Origin: a bacterium
GTDB taxonomy: Bacteria; UBA8248
DNA: 64,000 nucleotides
NCBI GenBank assembly: GCA_965203325.1
Contig: OZ241875.1
Location: 2,912,001-2,976,000 of the forward strand
Direction of reading: 5' to 3'
Below, piece after piece: positions 45,031 through 55,155 of this stretch. The notes beneath the pieces are model-generated. The model searched no databases. It saw nothing but the letters and a program-made list of their open reading frames with translations, and was not told the DNA's origin. The translations under genes were made by a program, and so were the position numbers. Numbering within the stretch: the first letter of the stretch is position 1; every line of letters starts with the position of its first letter.

Positions 45031-46704
45031 TTAGTTCTCCAGGCGTTCGTATTCGATGTGGGCGTCGATCAGGTACGGCTTGCCGCCCGCCAGTCCTTTC
45101 CCCATGGCCTCTTTGAGTTCCGCTGGCGTCTTTGCCCGGATGGCGTCCACGCCCATGGATTGGGCCATCTGGATGAAATCGAGTTCGGGCTCCTTGAAAT
45201 CCATGGCGACGAATTGCCGGTGCTCCTGCGTCTTGCCGTCGAGCCTCAGGACCCGCTCTTTGAGAATCCGGTAGCTCTTGTTGTTCAGAATCACGAACAC
45301 GGCGTCGAGATCGTATTTCGCGGCGCTCCAGAGCGCCTGGATGGCGTACATCGCGGAGCCGTCTCCCGAGAGGCAGACCACAGGGGTGTCGGGCAGAGCT
45401 TTCTTGACGCCCAGCGCGCTGGGCAGCCCGAGACCGATGCCGCCTCCCTTCATGCCGAAGATGGAATCTATCTTCCCTGCGACCGCGCTTTTCAAGCCTC
45501 CCCCGTGCCCCATGGTGAGGGATTCATCCACCAGCGCCGTCCCGTGAGGCAGGGCCTCACCGAATGCGGCCTGGAAAGTCTCTTTCGTCAAGGGGCCGCC
45601 ATCCTCGCCTGTCTTGGGGGCGATCTCCCTTCTCGAGGCTGCCAGTTCCTTCTCGATCCAAGCGCGGCGCTCGCCTGCGCTTTGAAGGCCCGCTTCGCCC
45701 ATTTTTTTCTCCACCGCCCCGGTGAGTTCTGTGAGCGTGGTCTTGGGGTCTCCCAGCATGGCGACGTCGACGGGGAAGTTTTTGCCGATCTCCCAGGGGT
45801 CGAGATCGAGATGGATGATCCGCGCGCTGCGCGGCGCAAGCGGCCCCTCCGGCGGGAAGGAGAAGGTGTAGGTCTCCGTGCCGATGAAGAACACGACGTC
45901 CGCCTCTTCTATCTGATCCAGCAGCGGTTCGATCGTGTTCAGGAGTTCTCCCGCATACAGGGGATGGGTGAGGGAGACCGAGAGGGAGTTCGGGCGGTTG
46001 TCGGAAAACACCTTCGCCCCGATGCGCTCGGCCAGCCGGGTGACTGCGCCCACCGCGCCCGAGCGGGTGACGCGCGAGCCGGTGACGATGTAGGGGTTCT
46101 CGGCTTCGGCGAGGGTCTGCGCCGCGCGCTCGATGGATTCGGCAGGTGCGGGAAACGCGCTCGAAAGCCGCGTGGGGCGGCCCGTAAGTCCTCCCGTCTC
46201 GGCGAGCATGACGTCGCCGGGAAGCGAGAGGAAGACCGGACCCGTCGGCGGCGTGAGCGCGTGTTTGATCGCCCGGCGGACGCTTTGCTCCAGATCCTCC
46301 ACCCGGCGCACCTCGTAGGACCATTTGGTGAGCGGCTCCGCCATGCGCGGCAGATCGTCCCAGAGCACGGGTTCTGAGAGTTGGCCGCGCTGGCCCTGGT
46401 TGCCCGCCGTGACGATGAGTGGCGTGCCGGCCCGCTTGATGTTGTAGAGCATGCCCATGGCGTTGCCCAGACCGGGCGCGACGTGGAGATTCACCACACC
46501 CACGCCGCCCGTGGCGTAGGCGTAGCCCTCCGCCGCGCCGATGGTGACGGACTCCTGAAGGCAGAGGATGTAATCGAGCCTGCTCTCGTTCACCAGCGCG
46601 TCCATGAGGGGAAGTTCGGTGGTGCCCGGGTTGCCGAACATGCAGCCGACGCCCTCGTCGATGAGTGTTTCCAAAAACAGGTCCGAGCCGTTACCACTAT
46701 TCAT
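45031..46704 (-). CDS. ThDP-dependent enzyme, benzoylformate decarboxylase-like
   Basis: FGNPGTTEL, LQES, NLHVAPGLGN, GDGS...ILNN. Confidence 0.9.
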   Translation of the reverse strand: MNSGNGSDLFLETLIDEGVGCMFGNPGTTELPLMDALVNESRLDYILCLQESVTIGAAEGYAYATGGVGVVNLHVAPGLGNAMGMLYNIKRAGTPLIVTAGNQGQRGQLSEPVLWDDLPRMAEPLTKWSYEVRRVEDLEQSVRRAIKHALTPPTGPVFLSLPGDVMLAETGGLTGRPTRLSSAFPAPAESIERAAQTLAEAENPYIVTGSRVTRSGAVGAVTRLAERIGAKVFSDNRPNSLSVSLTHPLYAGELLNTIEPLLDQIEEADVVFFIGTETYTFSFPPEGPLAPRSARIIHLDLDPWEIGKNFPVDVAMLGDPKTTLTELTGAVEKKMGEAGLQSAGERRAWIEKELAASRREIAPKTGEDGGPLTKETFQAAFGEALPHGTALVDESLTMGHGGGLKSAVAGKIDSIFGMKGGGIGLGLPSALGVKKALPDTPVVCLSGDGSAMYAIQALWSAAKYDLDAVFVILNNKSYRILKERVLRLDGKTQEHRQFVAMDFKEPELDFIQMAQSMGVDAIRAKTPAELKEAMGKGLAGGKPYLIDAHIEYERLEN

Positions 46705-46734
46705 GCGCTCTCCCTCGCGAGAAATTTATTGGAC

Positions 46735-47910
46735 TTAGAAGATGGATGCCGCCTCATTTTGACTCAAAACGAAGTTCGACGCCATTTGCAGGCACTTCTC
46801 CGTGCTGGGCGGCATCACCAGCGCGGCCCTGGCGTCGCGGTGAAACCGCTGCAGCGGCTTGTCGTTCAGCAGGCCGGGCCCGCCCGCAATTTTGAGCGCC
46901 TTTTCCGTCATGGAAGCCGCCGCTTCGGAAGCGGTGTATTTCGCCTCGTTGATGAAGGGAATGGCCTTGGCAGCACCCTCGGTCTCCAGCACCCAGGCGG
47001 CTTTCTGGATCATGATGAGCGCGGTCTCATAAGCGATTTTCATCTCCCCGATCTGGCGCTGAATCGCGGGGTAGCTCGCAATGGGGGCGTTGTCGGGCAG
47101 GAGTTTGCGCTTGAGCGCGTAGTCGACAATCCAGTCCAGCGCAGCGACGCCCGCACCCAGATAGACGGCGGCGTAGCCCAGGCCGAACCTGGGCACGAAA
47201 TCGGGCTGGAGGATACCCTCGCCCGTGCCCACGATGTTGCGCGCCGGAACCCTTACGTCCTCATAGGCGAGCGCGTGGCTGGCCGTGCCCCGCATGGCGA
47301 AGGCGTCCCAGCGGCTCGGGATGGTGATGCCGCCCAAGTTCTTGTCCAGCACCGCCCAGCGCAGACCGGCCTGAAGTTCCTCGACTTCTTCGAGCAGGCA
47401 CCAGAGCACGTAATAGTCCGCCTCCCCGGCCATGGAGCAGAAATACTTCTGGCCGTTGATGATGTATTCCTCGCCCTCTTTGCGCGCGCGCGTGGTGATG
47501 GTGCGGTTCCACTGGGGGCTGGAGGCCGCCTCGCCCGCGTGGCTGCCGAAGATGGCGCCGTTTCGGGCCGCCTCGGCGAAGCGGTGCTTTTGCTCTTCAT
47601 CGGAGAGCGTGAGGAGAAAGTATAGAATCGAACTGTGCATGTGGAGCGTCATGGCGGTGTTCGTACAGCCCTTGCTCAGTTCGTGGAACACCATGGTGTA
47701 GCAGACCGGGTCGCTCCAGAGCGCCCGCCCTCCGTAGGACTCGGGCAGCGTGAGGCGCGTGAAGCCCTCCCGGATCAAGGCGTCGAAACTCTCTCTCGGG
47801 AAGCGTTGTTCCTGATCGCATTCGTCCGCGTAGGTAGCCAGTACGTCTCGGGCGATATCTCGGGCCTTGTCGATCAGAGCCTCGTTTTCCGGGTTCAGGC
47901 GTAGGTCCAT
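46735..47910 (-). CDS. Acyl-CoA dehydrogenase-family flavoprotein (non-canonical, paralog 1)
   Basis: INGQKYFCS, AMRGTAS, GGPG, QRFHRDARA; lacks the IYEGT motif. Confidence 0.88.
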   Translation of the reverse strand: MDLRLNPENEALIDKARDIARDVLATYADECDQEQRFPRESFDALIREGFTRLTLPESYGGRALWSDPVCYTMVFHELSKGCTNTAMTLHMHSSILYFLLTLSDEEQKHRFAEAARNGAIFGSHAGEAASSPQWNRTITTRARKEGEEYIINGQKYFCSMAGEADYYVLWCLLEEVEELQAGLRWAVLDKNLGGITIPSRWDAFAMRGTASHALAYEDVRVPARNIVGTGEGILQPDFVPRFGLGYAAVYLGAGVAALDWIVDYALKRKLLPDNAPIASYPAIQRQIGEMKIAYETALIMIQKAAWVLETEGAAKAIPFINEAKYTASEAAASMTEKALKIAGGPGLLNDKPLQRFHRDARAALVMPPSTEKCLQMASNFVLSQNEAASIF

Positions 47911-47948
47911 GAATTCTCGTAGTAGTGCTCGATAATGAAAATGGTCTT

Positions 47949-49520
47949 TTACGTTTTCTCTTTCAGTAAACGGCGCAGTATTTTTCCGCTGCCCGACTTC
48001 GGGATGGCGTCGATGAAGGCCACCGCGCGAATGTGCTTGTAGCCCGCAACCTTTTGGTTCACGAAATCCATCAGGGCCACCTCATTGATCTGGACGCCTT
48101 CTTTGGGCACCACGAAGGCCATGGGGACCTCACCGGCTTCCGGGTCCTCACGGGGGACGACGGCCGCGTCCGCAACGTCGGGGTGCAGGTGCAGGCACGC
48201 TTCGAGCTCGGCCGGTGCGACGGCGAAGCCCTTGTATTTGATCATCTCTTTTTTCCTGTCCATCAGATAGACGTAGCCCCCCTCGTCCACCCGCCCGATG
48301 TCGCCCGTATGGAGCCAGCCGTCGCGCAGCGCCTCGGCGGTGGCCTCGGGCGCGTTCCAGTAGCCCTTCATGATGTGGGGTCCCTTGATGATCAACTCGC
48401 CCGCCTCGCCGACGGGCAGTTCCGTCGTTCCCGTTTCCACGTCGACGATTTTCTGCTCCTGATCGGAGACGGGAGGCCCCACGGACTCCTCCCGGATGAG
48501 GGCCTCCACCGGCGGGTTCATGTGCGTGAGCGGCGAGGCTTCGGTGAGACCGTAGCCCATGAAGGTGAGCACGCCCGTTCTCTCCTGCACGATGCGTCTT
48601 ACTTCGGGCGGCAGGGGGGCGGCGCCGCTCATGATGTATCTCAAGGAGGAAAGGTCGTAGTCGCCCAGGTTTTCATGGTGCGCGATGGCCAGGAGCGCGG
48701 GCGGAACACCGAAGAAAAGCGTGAGCTTGTGTTCCTGCACGAGACGCAGGGCGTCAGGCACGGTGAAGCGTTTCATCAGCACGTGGGTGGCCCCGGCGAG
48801 AATCAGCGCGCCCATGATCAGCGCGCCGTAGATGTGATAAAGCGGCAAAAACAGGAGCCCCGAATCCCGGTCCGTAATGTGATGGTTCGCCACGCACTGG
48901 TGGTAGTTCGACACCAGATTCCTGTGGGTCAGCATCACGCCCTTGGGAAGACCCGTCGTGCCGCTCGAATAGGGCAGGGCGATTAAGTCCTCGGCGGTGT
49001 CGATTTGCGGCTCCGGCAGATTTTCCGGCGAGTGCGCGCCTATCCAGTCTCCGAAGCGGGCGTCGCCTCCGTCGTCATCCGTGACGATGACGGATTCGAG
49101 CATCGAGAGTTCTTTCTGCACTTCCCGAATTACGGCGGCGCCCTCGGCAGTCGTGATCAGAATCTTCGCACCCGAATCGCCCAGCTGGTACGCGGCTTCT
49201 GCTTCCTTGTAGGCGGGGTTCATCGGCGTGAAGACGGCGCCTATCTTCGATGCGCCGAAAGCGGCGATTTCGAATTCTGCCGAATTGGGGAGAAACAGGC
49301 CGACGCGGTCCCCGACCCCAATGCCCGAAGCGAGCATGGCGCGGGCGCAGGCGTTCGAGAGCACGTCGAGTTCCCGGAAACTCATGTGGATATCCCCGTC
49401 CACCAAGGCGACGGCGTCGGGGCGGCGCGCGCACGCCGTTTTGAGCAGTCCGTGGAACGCGTAATCGGGATATTCGAGCGGGGGACGGAAATAGGGAGGA
49501 AGATTTGCGCTTTCACTCAT
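47949..49520 (-). CDS. AMP-dependent acyl/aryl-CoA ligase
   Basis: YSSGTTGLPKG, GYGLTE, TGDIG, DRKKEMIK, PKSGSGKILR. Confidence 0.93.
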   Translation of the reverse strand: MSESANLPPYFRPPLEYPDYAFHGLLKTACARRPDAVALVDGDIHMSFRELDVLSNACARAMLASGIGVGDRVGLFLPNSAEFEIAAFGASKIGAVFTPMNPAYKEAEAAYQLGDSGAKILITTAEGAAVIREVQKELSMLESVIVTDDDGGDARFGDWIGAHSPENLPEPQIDTAEDLIALPYSSGTTGLPKGVMLTHRNLVSNYHQCVANHHITDRDSGLLFLPLYHIYGALIMGALILAGATHVLMKRFTVPDALRLVQEHKLTLFFGVPPALLAIAHHENLGDYDLSSLRYIMSGAAPLPPEVRRIVQERTGVLTFMGYGLTEASPLTHMNPPVEALIREESVGPPVSDQEQKIVDVETGTTELPVGEAGELIIKGPHIMKGYWNAPEATAEALRDGWLHTGDIGRVDEGGYVYLMDRKKEMIKYKGFAVAPAELEACLHLHPDVADAAVVPREDPEAGEVPMAFVVPKEGVQINEVALMDFVNQKVAGYKHIRAVAFIDAIPKSGSGKILRRLLKEKT

Positions 49521-49540
49521 CGGCGATGTTCCTCCATCCG

Positions 49541-50716
49541 TTATGAGCCCAGCACGTTCGCGCTGCCCTCGAGCACGGTTTTGGCGGTGAGTTCCAGGCA
49601 CTTTTCCGTGTTGGGCGGCATGATGAGGCCTGCCCTCGCCTCGCGGTGGAAGCGCTGGAGCGGGTTGTGGCGGAACAGTCCCGGTCCGCCGGCCACCTTG
49701 AGCGCTTTTTCCGTGATGAAGGCGGAGGCTTCCGCGCAAACGTATTTCGCTTCGTTGATGGCGCCGTAGGCCTTGTCCGCACCGTGGGCGTTGATCATCC
49801 ACCCCGCTCTCTGGAGCATGAGAATCGCGCCTTCGAGTGCGATTTTCATCTCCCCGATCTGGCGCTGTATGGCGGGGTATGAGGCGATGGGCACGTTGTC
49901 GGGCATGAGCTTACGGGTTTGCGCGTAGTTGACCACCCAGTCGAAGGCGCCTCCGCCCGCGCCGAGGTAGACGGCGGAATAGCCGAAACCGAACTTGGGC
50001 AGAACGTCGGGGCGTATCGGGTCTCCACCCCGGCCCACCAGATCCTCCACCGGTATCTTCACGTCGTCGTATATCATCGAGTGGCTTATCGTTCCGCGCA
50101 TGGCGAAGGAGTTCCACTCCTGATCTATCTTGAAGCCGGGGTTGTCCGAGGGCGCAATGAGCAGCCCCAGGCTTTTCGTGAGTTCTTCCTCGTCTTCGAG
50201 CTGCACCCAGAGCACGTAGTAATCCGCCTCGCCGGCCATGGAACAGAAGTATTTCCTGCCGTTGATCCGGTAGACGTCACCGTCTCGTATCGCCTTCGTC
50301 TCCATGCGCCAGACGCCGTGGAGGCTCGAGGTGTTCTCGCTCGCGTAGCTCGCGATGATTTTTCCGCTTCTTATGATTTCGCCGTACCTGCGTTTTTGCT
50401 CATCCGTTCCCAGGTAGGTGATGACGTGCGAGATGGAACTGTGCATGTGAAAGAGCATGGCCGTGTTCGTACAGCCTTTCGACAACTCGTAGAGGACCAT
50501 CGAGTAGGTGGCGGTGTCCTCGTAGAGGTCTCTGCCGCCCTGGTCTTTCGGAAGCGTCAGGGAGGTGAAGCCCTCCTTTGCCAAATCGTTGAAATTCTCG
50601 CGGGGAAAAATTCCTTCCTGGTCGATTTTCTCGGCTCTCGGGGCCAGGATTTCCTTCGCGTAGATTTTCGCGCGTTCGAGCAAATCTTCATTTTCAGGGT
50701 TGATCCGAAAATCCAC
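49541..50716 (-). CDS. Acyl-CoA dehydrogenase-family flavoprotein (non-canonical, paralog 2)
   Basis: Close paralog of 46735-47910 (ELSKGCTNTAM, YPAIQRQIGEMKIA, MPPxTEKCL). Confidence 0.88.
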   Translation of the reverse strand: MDFRINPENEDLLERAKIYAKEILAPRAEKIDQEGIFPRENFNDLAKEGFTSLTLPKDQGGRDLYEDTATYSMVLYELSKGCTNTAMLFHMHSSISHVITYLGTDEQKRRYGEIIRSGKIIASYASENTSSLHGVWRMETKAIRDGDVYRINGRKYFCSMAGEADYYVLWVQLEDEEELTKSLGLLIAPSDNPGFKIDQEWNSFAMRGTISHSMIYDDVKIPVEDLVGRGGDPIRPDVLPKFGFGYSAVYLGAGGGAFDWVVNYAQTRKLMPDNVPIASYPAIQRQIGEMKIALEGAILMLQRAGWMINAHGADKAYGAINEAKYVCAEASAFITEKALKVAGGPGLFRHNPLQRFHREARAGLIMPPNTEKCLELTAKTVLEGSANVLGS

Positions 50717-50748
50717 CTGCTTCTTCCTTACCGTTCACGAAATGGAAT

Positions 50749-51906
50749 CTACGCGCCGCCTCGGTTCCAGCCCCGCCCTTCGTCGCCGTAGCCTATCGAG
50801 CCGTCTTCGGTGACGACCACGGTATCCTCGAGCTTCACGAAGCCGACCTCAGGGTTTTTCATGTCGGTTTCGATAGACACCACCATGCCGGGTTCGAGGC
50901 CCCTGGTTTCATAGGTGGCGGGGTAGGGCACGACACCCGAGGAGGTGAGATGCGGTGCTTCGTGCTGGATGATGCCCATGCCGTGGGCGAGGAAGACCAT
51001 CTGATCGTCGTGCTCGCATCTGGCCTGCTCTTTGAGGGCGGCTTCGTAGATTTCCTGTCCCGTGACTCCCGGACGCACGACCGCGCGCGCGGCCGTCTGC
51101 ACCGCCTGGATTTCGCCGAGCAAATCCTCCATGAGCGGCGTGGGCTCGCCCATGACGGCCATGCGGCACAGATCGCCCAGGTATCCCTGCTTGTTCCCGC
51201 CCGAATCGAGCGAGAGAATGTTCCCCTCATCCCAGGTGGCGTTCGAGGGGGCGCGGTTGTAGCTCGGCCCCGTGCAGGTGAGGCAGTACTCGAAGTCGAG
51301 TCCTCTTTGGGTCTCGAGTTTTTTCATCTCATCGGCGACCTCGTACATGGTGGTGCCCGGAGGCGTGCTCTTCATGACGTCGAGCATGCACTCGACGATG
51401 ACTTCCGAGGCCTCTTTCAGCAGGGTGAGTTCGTGGGGCTGCTTCACGGCCCGGAGTTCCTCGAGCAGGTAGACCGCGTCGATGAACTTCGCGTCGGGCA
51501 ACTCCTCCTGAAGCGCCTCGTACGAGTCCGCCGGCAGAAAGCATTTCTCCACCGCCACGGTGCCTTTCTCGTGGCCGAGCCTGCGGATGAAATCGGCCGC
51601 GTCCTTGCCGGCCTGATCGGTGTGCCACTGGTTGTTTCTCTTCTCGGGCACCCACAGGGGTTCGACTTCCTGCTGCCAGCCTTCCATGATGTTCCCGATG
51701 TAGAACGCCTTGTCGGGCGCGCCCTTCGGCAGACCCACTATCGGCTGGTAGCGGCTGACGCCGATGGCGTCCTTGTGGGCGAAGAAAAAGAATTGATAGC
51801 CGCCGAGCAGGTAGCGGACGTTTTCCTTAGAAGTAGCGAGGACGACGTCCGCTCCCTGATCTTCCATCAGGGTGCTGAGCTTGTTGTCATCAAAGGGCAG
51901 GTTCAT
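50749..51906 (-). CDS. M24-family (Xaa-Pro peptidase/creatinase-fold) hydrolase
   Basis: SLDSG...GDLCR, AHGMG..HE, SIET, KLEDT. Confidence 0.87.
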   Translation of the reverse strand: MNLPFDDNKLSTLMEDQGADVVLATSKENVRYLLGGYQFFFFAHKDAIGVSRYQPIVGLPKGAPDKAFYIGNIMEGWQQEVEPLWVPEKRNNQWHTDQAGKDAADFIRRLGHEKGTVAVEKCFLPADSYEALQEELPDAKFIDAVYLLEELRAVKQPHELTLLKEASEVIVECMLDVMKSTPPGTTMYEVADEMKKLETQRGLDFEYCLTCTGPSYNRAPSNATWDEGNILSLDSGGNKQGYLGDLCRMAVMGEPTPLMEDLLGEIQAVQTAARAVVRPGVTGQEIYEAALKEQARCEHDDQMVFLAHGMGIIQHEAPHLTSSGVVPYPATYETRGLEPGMVVSIETDMKNPEVGFVKLEDTVVVTEDGSIGYGDEGRGWNRGGA

Positions 51907-52170
51907 GGCGGTTTCCTCTCGAATATGGGATATCCCGGATTCGGTTTTCTGATTTCATGCCGAGAAAGTACAGATACTCATCTCCTGAAAAGTGCATGAA
52001 GCGGTGGAGAGAGCGCTATCTCGACCATTGGTGGAACAGTGATTCATGAACAGGAAAGGGTGTCATGCAGGACGGAAAAATGCAAGCGGAGCGTTGGAGC
52101 GCGTAGTGTTTCGACCGATGCGCACGAAAGGAAAGAAATGATGAGGCGCGGGTTTTCGCCTAGATGAAAA

Positions 52171-52920
52171 TCAACCGCCCATGGCGATGCCGCCGTTCAC
52201 GTCCAGGCAGACGCCCGTGATGTATTCCGCCTCATCCGAGGCCAGGAAAAGCGCGGCGTTGGCCACGTCCAGAGGTTTGCCCACGCGACCGAGGGGGATC
52301 TGCTTCACAATCTCTTCCTGGCGGGCGGGGAGCCATCCGTCGGTGAGCGGCGTGGCCGTGGGGCCGGGGGCGATGGCGTTCACGGTGACGCCGTAGGGAC
52401 CCAGCGTCTTGGCGAGTGCGCGCGTAAGACCGATGACGCCCGCTTTGGCCGACGTGTAGGGAATCCCGCCCGCGAAGCCGCCCGAGCGCCATGCGGATGA
52501 GGAGAGGTTGACGATGCGGCCGTAACGTCTCTCTATCATGTGCTCGGAGACGGCGCGGGCGCAGAGGTATTCTCCTTTCAGGTTCACGTCGATCACGGCG
52601 TCCCAGTCATCTTCGGTGTATTCGAGGTATCCCTTCTTGGGAGAGATGCCCGCGTTGTTGATGAGGATGTCGATTCGCCCGAATGCTTTCAGGCAGGATT
52701 CGGCCATTTCTTGTACGGCAGCGGAATCTGAAACGTCGGCCTCACACGCCAGAACGCCGTATGGGTGCGTGGAGAGTTCATTCGAGAGGGCTTCCACGGC
52801 TTGCGCGTTTCGGTCGCAGACGAGCAGGGACGCGCCCTCCGCCGCGAAGCGCCTGGCGATGGCCTCGCCCAGACCGCTTCCCGATCCCGTGATGATGGCT
52901 GCCTTGTTCTTCATCCGCAT
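52171..52920 (-). CDS. SDR oxidoreductase (FabG-like)
   Basis: TGSGSGLG, NNAG, YTSAK. Confidence 0.92.
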   Translation of the reverse strand: MRMKNKAAIITGSGSGLGEAIARRFAAEGASLLVCDRNAQAVEALSNELSTHPYGVLACEADVSDSAAVQEMAESCLKAFGRIDILINNAGISPKKGYLEYTEDDWDAVIDVNLKGEYLCARAVSEHMIERRYGRIVNLSSSAWRSGGFAGGIPYTSAKAGVIGLTRALAKTLGPYGVTVNAIAPGPTATPLTDGWLPARQEEIVKQIPLGRVGKPLDVANAALFLASDEAEYITGVCLDVNGGIAMGG

Positions 52921-52933
52921 GCGGGTCTCCTGT

Positions 52934-53710
52934 TCAGAATTGAACGAAGCCGCCGTCCACGTTGATGGCCTGGCCGGTGATGCCGCCCGAATCCTCACAC
53001 GCCAGAAGGAGCGCCAGCGGAGCGCATTCTTCCGATTCGATGAAGCGCTTCATCGGCACCCGGTTTCTCAGCTCTTCCGATTGTTCCTCAAAGGTCTTGC
53101 CCGTCTCGTCGGCCCATTTCTGGATGCTCTCCTCGAACATGCCGGTGGAGACGAATGTGGGGCAGATGCAGTTCGCCGTGATGCCGAACGGGGCGACTTC
53201 CGCCGAGAGCGCCTTGGTGAGGCCCAGTACGGCGTGTTTCGACGCGGCGTAGGCGCTCCGGTAGGCCAGGCCGATTTTGCCCGATACCGACGCCACGTTG
53301 ATGATCTTTCCCGATTTTCTCTCGAGCATCGAAGGCAAAACTTCGCGGATCGCCGTGAACGGCGCCTTCGCGTTGATTTGCATGGTGCGCTCCCACACCG
53401 CATCGGGAAGCTCGTGCACGGCTTCGAAGCTCACGATTCCTGCGTTGTTCACGAGGATGTCGATCGGGCCAAGCGCGTCGACCGTTTTGCGCAGCGAGTC
53501 GAGGATGTCCTCGTCCTTCATGACGTCGCACGGGCAGACGAGCGCCTTTCGCCCCATGGCCTCTATCTCTTTGGCGAGCGCTTCGAGCTTGTCCACCGAG
53601 CGGGCGGCCAGGGCGAGGTTCGCCCCCTCACTGGCGTAGGTGCGCGCGATGGCGCCGCCAATGCCGCCGGATGCGCCCGTGATGAATGCGACTTTGCCTT
53701 CCAGTTTCAT
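52934..53710 (-). CDS. SDR oxidoreductase (3-hydroxybutyrate/acetoin dehydrogenase-like)
   Basis: TGASGGIG, NNAG, YAASK. Confidence 0.92.
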   Translation of the reverse strand: MKLEGKVAFITGASGGIGGAIARTYASEGANLALAARSVDKLEALAKEIEAMGRKALVCPCDVMKDEDILDSLRKTVDALGPIDILVNNAGIVSFEAVHELPDAVWERTMQINAKAPFTAIREVLPSMLERKSGKIINVASVSGKIGLAYRSAYAASKHAVLGLTKALSAEVAPFGITANCICPTFVSTGMFEESIQKWADETGKTFEEQSEELRNRVPMKRFIESEECAPLALLLACEDSGGITGQAINVDGGFVQF

Positions 53711-53771
53711 GTTTTCTCCTTACCAGGTAATCATTTCGGAGGCTTTATACGCCTTCCCCGAATGATATTTC

Positions 53772-55034
53772 TCAGCAAACTTCCCGAACGATGGCCTCGA
53801 ATTCCTCGTTTCCAAGCTGCCGCTTGCGCCAGCGAATCTCCGCCCGCACGCGCTCGACCACGTCTTTTTCCTTCTCCTGCGGGAGGTCGAGTCCCAGCTC
53901 CCGCGCCTTGGTGCGTATGGCCCACTCGCCCGAATAATGGCCCAGCAGGTTGTGCATGCCGTTTCCGAACATCCCGGGCTTCATGCACGAATAGGCCCAG
54001 AAGCCCTCCTCCGTATCGGGCACACAGTAGTGCACCTCGACCAGGTGTGAGAACGCCGTCTTGCCGACGAAGGGCATGGTGTCCGTCATGGGCCACTTCA
54101 TGATGTCGGAGACGAGTCTGGAGAGTTCATACATTTTCTCGAGTTTAATCCCGCAGTCGATGCCGTAGTAGAGCTGAATCACGGCGGCGACTTCGGCGAG
54201 AGGCGCAATGTGCGCGCGCTCGCCCAAGCCGTTCACGCAGGCGTCGATGAGTTCGGCTCCCCCTTCAAGACCGGCGTACAGGGCGGCGCAGGCCAGGCCG
54301 ATGTCGTTGTGGGTGTGAAGGCCGATTTGCGTGCCGGGCAAAAGGCGCTTCATCTCTCGGACGACGTAGGTGTAGACCGGCGTGATCGCCATGCCGTTGA
54401 TGTCGTCGAGCTTGATCATGTCGGCGCCTGCGTCCACGAGTTTTCCGCACACCTCGGCCAGCCGCTCGATGGGGATGCGCGTGCAGTCCTGGATCAGGCA
54501 GCCCACTTTTTTGTCGGGGCCCGATTTCTCGCGCGCGTAAGCCACCGAACCGCAGGCGCGCTCGATGGCTTGTTCGATGGTGATGTCCGGGTCGCCCGCC
54601 ATCGACTCGAACAGGCACATCTGGTTGGGCGAGAAGGAAAAGCAAAGGGTCGTGTAGTCCGCACCGTGCTCCACGTTGAGATCCACTTCCACCTTCGCGA
54701 GTTCGGGATTGAGCACGGCGGTGGGATGCACGAGCGCCTCCACGATGAGGTCGGGGTGGCGTTTTTTGATTTCTTCCATCTCCAGCGGGTCGTCGTGGTG
54801 CATCTGCACCATGCTCACGCCGGCGTCGACGAGCGCATCGGCGATGCGGATCACTTCATCGCGCCGCAGGGACACGCCGGGCAGCTGTCTGCCTTCCCGC
54901 AGGGTGATGTCGCAGAGCTGGAATTTCTCGGGAAGCGTCATCTGCGAGCGGATTTCGTCTGAGAAACAATGCTGCGATATCCGCCAGTTCTCGGTGGTGG
55001 GCTCCAAATTACTGTTCACGGGATAGCCGGGCAT
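53772..55034 (-). CDS. DRE-TIM metallolyase, homocitrate/isopropylmalate synthase-like, no regulatory domain
   Basis: DITLREGRQ, HTHNDIG, NGLGERA, TAFSH. Confidence 0.85.
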   Translation of the reverse strand: MPGYPVNSNLEPTTENWRISQHCFSDEIRSQMTLPEKFQLCDITLREGRQLPGVSLRRDEVIRIADALVDAGVSMVQMHHDDPLEMEEIKKRHPDLIVEALVHPTAVLNPELAKVEVDLNVEHGADYTTLCFSFSPNQMCLFESMAGDPDITIEQAIERACGSVAYAREKSGPDKKVGCLIQDCTRIPIERLAEVCGKLVDAGADMIKLDDINGMAITPVYTYVVREMKRLLPGTQIGLHTHNDIGLACAALYAGLEGGAELIDACVNGLGERAHIAPLAEVAAVIQLYYGIDCGIKLEKMYELSRLVSDIMKWPMTDTMPFVGKTAFSHLVEVHYCVPDTEEGFWAYSCMKPGMFGNGMHNLLGHYSGEWAIRTKARELGLDLPQEKEKDVVERVRAEIRWRKRQLGNEEFEAIVREVC

Positions 55035-55155
55035 TACAACCTCCTTGTATGGATTATCATCACCTGTTGCGGGATCGGAAAAAAAGAGAACTTCAATTCA
55101 CTCTCAGCTTTGCGCCTTCTCGAAAGATATACCAATGTTTGTTTTTTTCTGCCTT

